From positions 1 to 64,000 of the forward strand of contig JBFOMH010000012.1 of NCBI GenBank assembly GCA_040830765.1: a DNA stretch of 64,000 nt. The letters are read 5' to 3'. The DNA is from Puniceicoccaceae bacterium (GTDB lineage: Bacteria; Verrucomicrobiota; Verrucomicrobiia; Opitutales; Oceanipulchritudinaceae). The position numbers and the translations under genes are program-made. The notes under the pieces were generated by a model that was given only the letters and a program-made list of their open reading frames with translations, did no database searches and had not been told where the DNA came from. Below are positions 9,416 through 19,068 of this stretch, piece by piece (the stretch's first letter is position 1; every line of letters begins with the position of its first letter).

Positions 9416-10566
9416 CAGCGATCAAACTCCATCTGTAATAGTTTCTCCTTGAACCCTTGCCCGGAATTTCGACGAAGATACTCATCCGCCTTCAGCGGTT
9501 CCATTGTGACTGAACCAGCAAGGGCGGCATTCAAGGCCCCGTGGAATGCCGGGACGTCATTGCTCTTGAAGGTGTGGCCCAGTTCATATTCTCTCGTCAG
9601 TTTTCCAACCAAGCCACCCGCTGAAGCGATAACGGGCGTCCGGGTACGGGCGGCATGGCCAAGAATTCCGCTGGAGCCAAAGGTGTTTTGGTACGGCAAG
9701 AGCAGAAAGTCGGCAATCGACAAATAGGAGGCAAATCGATCCGGTTTCAAATAAGTCAGGTCGGTTACCAGTTGAATTGATGCAGCCCCCTTGAACCGGT
9801 TCAGGGCGGATTCCAAATCCCCTTCAAATCCTGGCAATACCTCTCCGGCAACCAACAAGGTGCAGGGCCTGCCGTCCAGAGGATTATAATTGCGAATAGC
9901 CGCAAGTGCCTCGGTCACACCCTTGCCGGAACGCAGCGCTCCCAGTAACGCAAAAACCTTGGCATCAGCCGGAATACCGAGTTCCTGACGGACAGCTTCA
10001 ACATCACACTCGGACAGGGCTGTAATGTCAGCCGGATCCGGGAGGCAATGCACCCCACCCTGAAGGTCAGTCCACTGCTTCATGAACGACACCGTCTCTG
10101 GATCATTAAGGACATACAATCGCCTCAGGCGGTTGTTTCTCCTCATGCGGCGGATCCTTACCAGCTCCAGCAGCCCGCGCAGGCGTTCCATGATCCCACC
10201 GCCGTGGACAAAGCCCGCGCTTTGCGGACTGAACCAGATGCCCGAGACGACTGATGCTGAAACCCGGCAACAAAGCAGCGGGAGCAGGAATGTATTGATC
10301 CTGGGCAGGAAGAGCCGTGCCGGCTCCTTCATGCGATGGCCAATGTAGGATAATAACGCTTCCGGGTCCAAATGCTTCTTCTCCAATGCCTCAATTTGTA
10401 CATTCCCGGGTACCTGACGTAGAAGCAACTCCTGCGCGGCGCGTTCAGTCACGAGAAACAGGATTTCACCCTCGTTCGCGGGCGCTTTCCCGAAAGCATC
10501 AAGTATCAGGCCCAGGTACTCCAGGTGATGGCCACTGTCGATTGGATCCGCTACAATCAGTCGCAT
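9415..10566 (-). CDS. Glycosyltransferase (GT4-like)
   Basis: GHHLEY N-terminus, LGALRSGKG and LPYQNTFGSSGIL. Start placed at ATG 10566, overlapping the upstream gene end. Confidence 0.8.
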   Translation of the reverse strand: MRLIVADPIDSGHHLEYLGLILDAFGKAPANEGEILFLVTERAAQELLLRQVPGNVQIEALEKKHLDPEALLSYIGHRMKEPARLFLPRINTFLLPLLCCRVSASVVSGIWFSPQSAGFVHGGGIMERLRGLLELVRIRRMRRNNRLRRLYVLNDPETVSFMKQWTDLQGGVHCLPDPADITALSECDVEAVRQELGIPADAKVFALLGALRSGKGVTEALAAIRNYNPLDGRPCTLLVAGEVLPGFEGDLESALNRFKGAASIQLVTDLTYLKPDRFASYLSIADFLLLPYQNTFGSSGILGHAARTRTPVIASAGGLVGKLTREYELGHTFKSNDVPAFHGALNAALAGSVTMEPLKADEYLRRNSGQGFKEKLLQMEFDR

Positions 10567-11354
10567 GATTTGTCCGCTGAAGGCTTGTACCTTCCTTCCC
10601 TGAATAATTGCCCCAGTACTCTCATCAGGAAGATCGGTCCGTTCAGGTTTCTTCGCCAGAGCCGGCGCGGCTCCTGCAGAAGCCGGTAAATGGAGATGCC
10701 CCCAATCTTCTGTACCCATTGAGGCGGCAGCTTGACCCGCCCACTGAAGAAATCAAATACGCCCCCAACCGGCCCAACCACCTTCACATTCAGTTTCCGG
10801 CAATGCTCGAAGGCCCACTTTTCCTGCTTGGGAGCACCTAGTCCAACCCAAAGGATATCGGCCCCTGAGGCATTGACCCGGCTGATAATCTCGGCGTTCT
10901 GGTCATCGGAAAACACCTTCGCAAAAGGCGGGGCATAAGTCCCGACGCACTCGAGATGGGGAAATTCCTGACGAAACTTTCTTTCCAACACAGCCAGGTT
11001 TTCATCATCGGAACCAAGGAAAAACATTCTTGTTCCAGCCTTCGCCGTGTTCAACCGGGTGCAGAGGTCAGGAAAGATGTCCGGTCCACAAACCCGCTCA
11101 GGAATCTGCGCATTGAGAATCCGTGAGGCAATGATGATACCGGTGCCATCAGCAGTAACGAGGTCGGAGGCATGGATCGCTTCCGCAAACTCGGGATCCT
11201 TCCGGGACACTTCTATGGAATGCGGATTGACGCAGCAGAAGTACCTTGCCCGCTCCTGCTCCTCTTCACTCCACTTGGCCAAGAGCTCCACCGTCTCCAC
11301 CAGGGTCATTCTGCAGAAACGGTAGCCAAGGATGTCTTTTTCAGCTAACTTCAT
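10557..11354 (-). CDS. WecB/TagA/CpsF family glycosyltransferase
   Basis: VNPH, ADGTGI, ERVCGPD and WVGLGAPKQE. Confidence 0.92.
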   Translation of the reverse strand: MKLAEKDILGYRFCRMTLVETVELLAKWSEEEQERARYFCCVNPHSIEVSRKDPEFAEAIHASDLVTADGTGIIIASRILNAQIPERVCGPDIFPDLCTRLNTAKAGTRMFFLGSDDENLAVLERKFRQEFPHLECVGTYAPPFAKVFSDDQNAEIISRVNASGADILWVGLGAPKQEKWAFEHCRKLNVKVVGPVGGVFDFFSGRVKLPPQWVQKIGGISIYRLLQEPRRLWRRNLNGPIFLMRVLGQLFREGRYKPSADKSCD

Positions 11355-11363
11355 GGCGTTGTA

Positions 11364-12224
11364 TTACCAATCCATATTCTCTTCATAGCCATACTTGATC
11401 AGCCATTCACCAGCGGTTTCCTTGAATACTTCGGTAATGTCTTCATCAAAATATTTCTGCCACTGACCGAAAGAACCACTTCTTAACGTACGGGATTTCT
11501 TGCCGATTACTTGGTTACACAGTGCACTTAATGATGCGTCCGTGTACGGAATCCCACAATACTCCAGCATTCCCTGAACCGCCTTTACTTGGGTTGCCGA
11601 ATCTATCAATTCTTCGAATTTCACAGTATGGACATTCTCACAAAGTAACCACTCATAGTATCGGGCAGCATGCTCCCCAATCGAAGGAGAGCGACCCAGA
11701 TTCCCAAGCAAGCCCGATTCAATCTCGGTTATCAGTGCGATAATCTTCTCCTTTTCTGTTCCAAATCGATTCAAATAGTCATGCATCCGGTGTGATGGAT
11801 CACTTTTGGCAATATAATGATAGTTTGAGATAACGATGTCTCGCAGATCCCTGATTATAAAAACCATCCTTGTTTCATCGTTAGCTTCCAGGTAATTAAC
11901 AAGGTCATCGCTGTAGTAACTGTGCAGGGAGACTATTTGACCTGCTGACTGTGACTTAACCTGTTTCCAGAAGTGTTCATACTTATGATCGAGGTGGTAT
12001 GAGGAAAACCATGGGTAACTCAAAGAGTGTTGTATCAGGTTTACCGCCAAGTTGGTCCCGGCTTTGGGAATGGAGTTTACTATCACCTTGTTCCTGAAGC
12101 CCTTTGAGAAGATCCCAAACGTTGAATCAATCTTTGCCTGGAATCTCGCCAGCGAATATTGAACCAACTTCATCCATTGGCGACTGCGATACGAAAATCT
12201 CAGGTTTTTGGCATTCTTAATCAT
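11364..12224 (-). CDS. Sulfotransferase (Sulfotransfer_1-like)
   Basis: 5'-PSB SIPKAGTN, 3'-PB IRDLRDIVISNY and C-terminal RSGSFGQW. Confidence 0.85.
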   Translation of the reverse strand: MIKNAKNLRFSYRSRQWMKLVQYSLARFQAKIDSTFGIFSKGFRNKVIVNSIPKAGTNLAVNLIQHSLSYPWFSSYHLDHKYEHFWKQVKSQSAGQIVSLHSYYSDDLVNYLEANDETRMVFIIRDLRDIVISNYHYIAKSDPSHRMHDYLNRFGTEKEKIIALITEIESGLLGNLGRSPSIGEHAARYYEWLLCENVHTVKFEELIDSATQVKAVQGMLEYCGIPYTDASLSALCNQVIGKKSRTLRSGSFGQWQKYFDEDITEVFKETAGEWLIKYGYEENMDW

Positions 12225-12258
12225 AGTTCACCAACTTGACTAAAAGCAAATATCACTC

Positions 12259-13110
12259 CTATGGGTGAAAGACACGGAGCAAGGCTTTGAGGTATGAAAT
12301 ATACAAGTTCCCCACTCCCCTGACCTTCATGAAGTGCTTCAATTCCTTAAACCTTAAGCCCTTGGGCGAGAAAAACTGCGCCAACCTAAAACTTAAGCGC
12401 TTCTCCTTATCGGCCCATGGTTGTGGGTGACTTTTGCAAAACCCGTGAATCAAGGGTGCTCTAATCAAGAGGACTCCTCTCCTTCTGGCTCTTATGCCAT
12501 AGTCAATATCCCCAAAACTGTGCGTGTATTCCTTTGAGAGCACCCCGACAAGATCGGTGACAACATCAGGTACTAGTACTAAATTACCATTAAAGTCATT
12601 TACTGACAGGGGAAGCTTTCCGACTGGAACAACCTTTGAATAACATTTCCCCCCATAAGTTGGCGTACATCTTTCACAAAGCTCCTCAAGTTCGCTATCA
12701 GTCCTGGGGAGATTCATTTCCAACGGTTCACACAGTGATCCAACAACAATGGTGGGCATAAGCTTGTTGAACTTTTTATAGCAATCGAGCAGATGCTTGA
12801 GGCTGGTTGGAAATAGCTCTACATCATCATTCAACCACAGGAATGCGTCGAAATCCTCTCCTAATGCCAGCGCTGATTCCCACGCTAATCGCATTCCCCC
12901 GTTCCAATACAAATTTCCATCGCCTTCGACAACGATGACCTCCGGATACCTCTCCCTTATTATTTCCCCGGAATTATCATCCGATCCATCGTCAACGAGA
13001 AAGACTTTCAGCTCACAATCCAATTCCTCCTGCTCGAGAAGCCGTTTGATACAGTGCGAGGTTACCTCAACGCGATTATAACAGGTAAGCAGGACAGCGA
13101 TCTTCATCAT
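12259..13110 (-). CDS. Glycosyltransferase family 2
   Basis: LTCYNR, VDDGSDD, WLNDD and GDIDYG. Confidence 0.9.
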   Translation of the reverse strand: MMKIAVLLTCYNRVEVTSHCIKRLLEQEELDCELKVFLVDDGSDDNSGEIIRERYPEVIVVEGDGNLYWNGGMRLAWESALALGEDFDAFLWLNDDVELFPTSLKHLLDCYKKFNKLMPTIVVGSLCEPLEMNLPRTDSELEELCERCTPTYGGKCYSKVVPVGKLPLSVNDFNGNLVLVPDVVTDLVGVLSKEYTHSFGDIDYGIRARRRGVLLIRAPLIHGFCKSHPQPWADKEKRLSFRLAQFFSPKGLRFKELKHFMKVRGVGNLYISYLKALLRVFHP

Positions 13111-13784
13111 GAGAGTTCCTTTTTGTAACCCAGTACCTCGAAGTCCTTTTCAAAATATGACACTACCTCCCTGGCTGAGCAGTCGTCATAGTAATCGATG
13201 GTTGCTGTCTTTGTTCTGTTCACCGAGCGATTAGCAAACGGTATGCTGCCGTAAGACAGCTCCAGCCGCTTGGCAATGGTCCTCATGTCCTCATCCAGAT
13301 TTTCGTATTTGCCAAAAAAATCCACGAGTGACTCAGTTCCTTCCTTGTTAAGGATAAAATCACATTGGCGCAGTGGCTTCTGGGAAACGTACCATTTAAC
13401 GAATTCACCAAAATTGAGAGCAGAGGCTTTAGCATGATACTTATGGGAGGGAGATTGCCCGATGTAATGGTAAATGCTGACAAGATGATCAAATGGATCA
13501 CGAACAAAGCAAAACTTGTAATAGTTCTCAAAGATGTCCTGGGGCAGTTTTTCCTGCAGTTTGTAAGCTACCTCGTGCTTCTTGAAGCCTGTGAACTTCT
13601 CCATACCCAAGTCCTGCCATCCGAAGACTCCGGAAATTCTGCCAAACAAGGACCGGGTAATTCTAAATTCAAACGCTGCCCGATCCACCATTCGCGCATA
13701 GGGCAACAGGACCTGGGAGACAGATGTTCCCGCTGTCTTGAAGATATGGATGAAAATGAACTTCTTTTTATGGGAAAGGATCAT
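13107..13784 (-). CDS. Sulfotransferase family 2
   Basis: FIFIHIFKTAGTS, FVRDPFDHLVSIY and GKYENL.ED. Confidence 0.85.
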   Translation of the reverse strand: MILSHKKKFIFIHIFKTAGTSVSQVLLPYARMVDRAAFEFRITRSLFGRISGVFGWQDLGMEKFTGFKKHEVAYKLQEKLPQDIFENYYKFCFVRDPFDHLVSIYHYIGQSPSHKYHAKASALNFGEFVKWYVSQKPLRQCDFILNKEGTESLVDFFGKYENLDEDMRTIAKRLELSYGSIPFANRSVNRTKTATIDYYDDCSAREVVSYFEKDFEVLGYKKELS

Positions 13785-13798
13785 CTTAGCAGAATCTG

Positions 13799-14374
13799 TT
13801 ATAGCCCAAACTTTTCGCGCAAATTCCTTTCGTGCTGGGCAATTTCCTTTTCCTCAAACCTTTGCCTTATCAACTTTGCGGGATTCCCTCCAACTACCGA
13901 ATAAGGCGGCACACTTTTGACTACTACAGAACCAGCTGCGATCACGCTTCCCCTGCCGACTTCCACTCCAGCCAGTATAGTACAGCCATGCCCGATCCAG
14001 CAATCAGAGTTGATGATAATTCGCTCATCTTTGCCTCGAGGCGCAGACCAGACGCTTTCCCCGGGCACGTTGATGTTGTGATCCTTCCGACCTACAAATG
14101 AAACTCTTTTGGCAATCAAAACATGATCCCTAATAGCAACAGCTGAGTCGATAATACATTCCGGACCAATCTGGACACAGTTACCCAGGCTAACGCTATC
14201 CACATTATTTCCGATTTTTATGTCGCCAGAGACACGGGTAAATCCACTGACCGCTACTTTCCGGTATTTCACCTTAAAGAGGAATAGATTCCGCGAGTAG
14301 TTCAACACCACTCGAAGTATCCAAATGACTTTCGAGCATTGGACTCGATTAAACTCAGGAGGTAAAAACTTCAT
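13799..14374 (-). CDS. Hexapeptide-repeat O-acetyltransferase
   Basis: DCWIG...GSVIAAGSVV.K.VPPYSVVGGNPAK. Confidence 0.85.
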   Translation of the reverse strand: MKFLPPEFNRVQCSKVIWILRVVLNYSRNLFLFKVKYRKVAVSGFTRVSGDIKIGNNVDSVSLGNCVQIGPECIIDSAVAIRDHVLIAKRVSFVGRKDHNINVPGESVWSAPRGKDERIIINSDCWIGHGCTILAGVEVGRGSVIAAGSVVVKSVPPYSVVGGNPAKLIRQRFEEKEIAQHERNLREKFGL

Positions 14375-15278
14375 GGGTCTTTTCTTTCAACTTACTCATC
14401 AGCCACTTAATTCGGTTGATGAGGTTTTTGCTGTAAAAGGTGTCCTCCAAGAACTGGTCATACTGATGATTGAAAGTCACGGACTCAGATTGCCCACTGA
14501 TTTCGATTGGATCACTCTTGGCACGAAACAAAAATGGTGATCCCGCAGTGTTCGTGGCATCATCTACCCCTCCTACATTCTCCACCAAGTTTACAGAGGA
14601 GGTGATACAATCGTAATCGTTCAGCAGACAGGTGAGAACCCACCTGTAGTCCCACGCAACTATCTCCCCGGAATAGGTTCTCTGCCAGATTCTCTTCCAA
14701 TACCAATACCGCATCTTCCCCTTACACAAGCCTTTGATATGGTTGGAATCCAAATGGCGTATAAACGCCTCTTCTTTTGCTACAAACTGTTTCCATGCAT
14801 TGGCCCAGGTACCCCACCCCCAGGTTATCGGGAAGAAATTCCTGAAATAACTCTCCCCATTCATCGAGCCTGAATCTTGCAGGTTTGTGCCGCAGACTGT
14901 GCCCACAGAATCATCATACCGGTACGATTCCAAGAGGATCGAAATCCAATCAAAAAATCCGTCGGACGGATGACAGTCATCCTCAAGAATGATCGTGTAG
15001 GGATTCCTCGAGAGGACTTCATCGATTCCGGTCTTAATCCTATGATAACACCCCAAGTTAACTTCAGATGCCAAAATCTCCCCGGGATTTTCTTTTAGAT
15101 ATTCATTCGCCAGATTGAGGACCTGTTCCACTAAACTCCGGTCACTTTCGACATGCTCCCGGGGTCCATCAATTACGAAATAAACATAGCCGGTATACGA
15201 TCTTGAAACTATTCCCAACAACTTTACCAGCAGATTAGGTCTATTAAACGCGATAATTGTCAGTGGCGGATACTTCAT
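14355..15278 (-). CDS. GT-A fold glycosyltransferase (HlpA-like)
   Basis: AFNRP, IDGPR, ILEDDC, TWGWGTW and WDYRW. Confidence 0.8.
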   Translation of the reverse strand: MKYPPLTIIAFNRPNLLVKLLGIVSRSYTGYVYFVIDGPREHVESDRSLVEQVLNLANEYLKENPGEILASEVNLGCYHRIKTGIDEVLSRNPYTIILEDDCHPSDGFFDWISILLESYRYDDSVGTVCGTNLQDSGSMNGESYFRNFFPITWGWGTWANAWKQFVAKEEAFIRHLDSNHIKGLCKGKMRYWYWKRIWQRTYSGEIVAWDYRWVLTCLLNDYDCITSSVNLVENVGGVDDATNTAGSPFLFRAKSDPIEISGQSESVTFNHQYDQFLEDTFYSKNLINRIKWLMSKLKEKTHEVFTS

Positions 15279-15281
15279 CGG

Positions 15282-16553
15282 TCAAGTGTCCTTCGATGCT
15301 ATCTCCTCGTAGAGGCTTTTATAGGATTTAGCACATTTCACGCTGTCAAAACGCCCCGCATACCGTGAAATGACCTTCCGGAGTTCTTCATAGTCAGCCT
15401 CATTCTTGTTTCTAGCCAAGCCAATGCACCACTTCATTCCCTCGATCAGACTGGAGGAACTGAAAGATTCAGCATGAAAACCCTGCACCATGTGATTAAA
15501 CATGTCTATGAAGGCAGATGTTCGAAATGTTACCACCGGAGTACCGGATGATAATGACTCAACTATGGTCTTTCCAAAAGCTTCCTGTATGGAAGTAGCT
15601 AGAAAACCCGAGCTCGCTGCGTAGATTAGGTTCAGTTTGTTCTGGTCTTTTACCAATCCAAAGTCGATGACACGTCCACCCTCATTCCCTCTTAGCAAGG
15701 CTTTGGAATCCCCAAAAACCAGAAACTTTACCTTTGCAAAATCAGGATCCTGCTCAGTGAGGTTCAAGACTTCGATAAATTTCTCTGAACCCTTATAGCC
15801 CAGGGAGTGATTTAAAGCTCCAAACGATATATAATTGTAGTCTTCGCTCAGTCCAAGGCGTCTTATTGCGGAACTTCTGCGAACATAGGGGAATTGTTCA
15901 ACCCTGACACCATTCCAGATGGTTCTCAGATTGGAATTGCTCCAAATTGCGCTCCTTCTTGCGGACTCTGTAATCCAGGGAGAAATCCCAACCCCATATA
16001 AGTTCGATTTATTGGAAACGATACTTTCTTTTCTTTCGAACTGCCTCCTTGCCTTGAACCGCTTATCTGAACCTGAAAAGTGGGGGCAATTTCCGCAACC
16101 TTGGACATAGTTGTCGCAGTTCATTGAATAGTGACAACCGCCGGTGAAAGGCCACATATCCCTGAATGTCCAAACAACTGGCTGCTTTATTCTTAACAGG
16201 CTGTATGGTGACACGAAGCCACCATTAATCCAATGTAGATTAATCACATCACTGTTTTTGCACAAATTGCTCAAGTCCCTCACGTAGGCAAATTTATCAG
16301 AAGAGAAAAGCCATTTGCTCTCGGGTTCCCCCCTGCTTGCCAAATGATTTAACTTCCTGAACACGCGAAAGAGGAATTTGGTCGAATTTGTTTTAGCCAG
16401 ATAATCAACCGATGCAGTCTCTCCGATACCGGGTCGATGCGAACATATGAAGTTGGAGTCCACCCCCTCGTCCAGTAGAGCAAGATGAAGATTATAAGCA
16501 CCCTTGCTGGCTCCACCAGAAAGGTTTCCATAACAAATATGGGAAACTCTCAT
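15282..16553 (-). CDS. Glycosyltransferase family 4 (WcaC-like)
   Basis: NLHWI, WTFRDMWPFTGGCHY..C..Y..GCG.CP and EAFGKTIVESLSSGTPVV. Confidence 0.88.
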   Translation of the reverse strand: MRVSHICYGNLSGGASKGAYNLHLALLDEGVDSNFICSHRPGIGETASVDYLAKTNSTKFLFRVFRKLNHLASRGEPESKWLFSSDKFAYVRDLSNLCKNSDVINLHWINGGFVSPYSLLRIKQPVVWTFRDMWPFTGGCHYSMNCDNYVQGCGNCPHFSGSDKRFKARRQFERKESIVSNKSNLYGVGISPWITESARRSAIWSNSNLRTIWNGVRVEQFPYVRRSSAIRRLGLSEDYNYISFGALNHSLGYKGSEKFIEVLNLTEQDPDFAKVKFLVFGDSKALLRGNEGGRVIDFGLVKDQNKLNLIYAASSGFLATSIQEAFGKTIVESLSSGTPVVTFRTSAFIDMFNHMVQGFHAESFSSSSLIEGMKWCIGLARNKNEADYEELRKVISRYAGRFDSVKCAKSYKSLYEEIASKDT

Positions 16554-16660
16554 CGGGTTAAAAATTCTACTTCTGATTCAGGGGATTGATCCATCGGGAC
16601 AGCCCAAAAATCTATTTCCTGCCGAAATTTAAATCAGCCATGCGGTACCGGACAAACCTC

Positions 16661-18166
16661 TCAACGCATTGGTCTTCTTCCAGCAATTCTTCCATGGCTG
16701 ATCTTCTTTGCGGCTAAAGTAATGCCAAGGACAAGAAAAAGGATAAATCCTGCCGAACTATTGAGGGGATAGTCACCAATGTGAAAACCAATGACTGCAA
16801 ACGTTAATAGGAATGGCTGAAAAACGGCACCCACAGGCCCCATGCCTGGAATTGGAACAGAAATCGCCTGGTAAAGGAGATAACAAATCAATCCAAATAT
16901 CAGACCTCCAGCAAAGATTCCATACACCCTGAGCAATAACAAAAACGCATGGTGAGGCCCGTTTAGCCAGAGAATGGAAATACTCCCGTTTTCATAAGTG
17001 AAAAAACTCGCCGGATCCGGTAACACGGTCAGCAATGACAATTCACTGAAATTGTACTTCAATGAGCTCTTCCAGATAGGGACTCGCTCCGCCTTGTATT
17101 TGGCCATGACAAGGTCTATGACCTCTTGCAATTGGTATTCAGTCAGGTCTCCAATGCTCCCATCCGAATCGCGGTTCTGAATGGTCTGGGAAAAGATTAC
17201 CTTCAGGTCCTCAGATGGTTCTACAAAAATTGCCGACAAGGGAAGCGCGACGGATATTATGGGAAATACCCAGAAAAGGAGCTTATTTCTCTGAATAAGG
17301 GGAAGAATGATCATCGAACCAATTGATGTCAGGATCATGAGCTTCGTCCAATAAGTGCTGAATAGGAAACCATCCACAACGGCGAGGAAGGGAATGATCC
17401 CCAGAATACAGTTCAGGGCATTCCGGGTACGGAACATGTAAATACAAAGCGGCAACCCCATCATGGATACCAGAAAGTGTCCCCGGCCAGAATAGGAACC
17501 GACATACCTCAGGAACATAAACGCCGAGTAGATGCACATGAAGAGTAGAATCCACTCAATGTAGCGCCGCAACTCATGGGGACTCAACTTGAGGTTCGCC
17601 ACAGCAATGGCGACGAAGAGGAAGACTATCGTAGAGCGATTTGAAATGGTTATGGTGAGGTAACCCGGGTAAACCAAGTACTGCACGGCTGAGAAGATGA
17701 CCAGAAGCCCGGGCAGGATAAATATTCGTATTGAGAGGTCCAATTGTGAAGAATAATTCCTCGCAACAAACAATCCGGACAGCACCAATGCCATATTGCC
17801 AATTCCCAGGTTTAGGAATCCCAGTCGGAAAGTACCAAAGCTGTAGACGAACTCACGGGTCGCAATCTCGCTGTGGCCGAACGCTTCTAATGAGCTTGAT
17901 CCTATCGTCGCCAGCAGACTTGCCATAATCAGGCCAACGAAAAAGCTCTTATTGTTCCCGAGCATGCACCCGACGGTGAAAAAGAATACGGGAGCAAATG
18001 CTACTGGAGAGATGGCATCCAACGGCAAGACTGCAACAAGAAGCAAACTGAATAGCATGCACACGACACCGCCAACAGTCAGAGCAGCGTCGATAATCGA
18101 ATTCGAGCTTCGCTGAGGTGTCTGCATCCCGGATACAGATATGGCGGGTAGCGCTTTAGTGTTCAT
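16661..18166 (-). CDS. Polytopic membrane protein, putative Wzy polymerase/O-antigen ligase-like
   Basis: Many hydrophobic segments, a late soluble loop and PHHAFLLLLRVYGIFAG resembling the Wzy_C His motif; located in the polysaccharide locus. Confidence 0.6.
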   Translation of the reverse strand: MNTKALPAISVSGMQTPQRSSNSIIDAALTVGGVVCMLFSLLLVAVLPLDAISPVAFAPVFFFTVGCMLGNNKSFFVGLIMASLLATIGSSSLEAFGHSEIATREFVYSFGTFRLGFLNLGIGNMALVLSGLFVARNYSSQLDLSIRIFILPGLLVIFSAVQYLVYPGYLTITISNRSTIVFLFVAIAVANLKLSPHELRRYIEWILLFMCIYSAFMFLRYVGSYSGRGHFLVSMMGLPLCIYMFRTRNALNCILGIIPFLAVVDGFLFSTYWTKLMILTSIGSMIILPLIQRNKLLFWVFPIISVALPLSAIFVEPSEDLKVIFSQTIQNRDSDGSIGDLTEYQLQEVIDLVMAKYKAERVPIWKSSLKYNFSELSLLTVLPDPASFFTYENGSISILWLNGPHHAFLLLLRVYGIFAGGLIFGLICYLLYQAISVPIPGMGPVGAVFQPFLLTFAVIGFHIGDYPLNSSAGFILFLVLGITLAAKKISHGRIAGRRPMR

Positions 18167-18372
18167 TGCTGGACCTATCTCTCATTTTCTTCTCAAAATC
18201 TAACATTAACATTAATCAATTAAGCAATATTTCTGTTCCCCTGAATCTGTAATCCTGAAGCCGTTCTGCTAATCACAATTGAATGGGGGCCTTCAAATCT
18301 GTAAATCGGTGAAAAACAACAAGGGGCCAGTTGACTTTAAGTAGCATCAGTTGGAGGAGTGGCTTGAATTGA

Positions 18373-19068
18373 TTAAATAATACAATAGGTGGCCTTTGTT
18401 GAGCGTGGTCTAAGGATGGAAAGGTCACCTCTATATGTTACAAACTGCAAGGAGTAATCTCCTTCCGATTGCCAAAGTCTGGAGATCTCTCGTTCACCCC
18501 GTCTAGCCGTGTCATCAAGAAATATCACAAAGTCCTCGGAGAGGTATTCCTTGAGGAAATAATAAGCAGGATACCGGGCAAGCGGAGATTCGGTTGCCTT
18601 TGGCCCGTCAACGAAGACCATGTCAAATCCCCCGGGCGCGAGGGCGTCTGAAAGGATTTCCGTGTCGTACCACTTGTACTCCGTCCCCTTCAGTTGCGTG
18701 GCGGAAAGCGGGGCATGGACAAAGTTGATGTTCGAAAGGTGGGCCGTCATCCCCTTGACAATCTCAATCCAATCCGGGTCATCATCAATCGTCGTGACTT
18801 GCCCACCGAGGGGAGCCAGGATGTCAGCGAGGACCAAGGTGGAAATACCGCACCCGCACTCAACGATGTTCCGCCTCTGGTGAATGACCACTTCATTGGC
18901 GAGGACAGCAAGGGCCCGTGGGGCAACGGCTGAAGTAGTCCATGGGAGGTCCGCCTTGAGATACTTGGCAAACCGCATCAGGGCATTGGCGTCATAAGCC
19001 GCTCTCAGCGAGGAGGCGTTTGTCTGCGCGCCTATACGGTTAAGGAGAGTCTTGATTCGTTCTTTCAT
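18373..19068 (-). CDS. Class I SAM-dependent methyltransferase
   Basis: VECGCGIST, FVDGP and FLDD..R.GE. Confidence 0.8.
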   Translation of the reverse strand: MKERIKTLLNRIGAQTNASSLRAAYDANALMRFAKYLKADLPWTTSAVAPRALAVLANEVVIHQRRNIVECGCGISTLVLADILAPLGGQVTTIDDDPDWIEIVKGMTAHLSNINFVHAPLSATQLKGTEYKWYDTEILSDALAPGGFDMVFVDGPKATESPLARYPAYYFLKEYLSEDFVIFLDDTARRGEREISRLWQSEGDYSLQFVTYRGDLSILRPRSTKATYCII

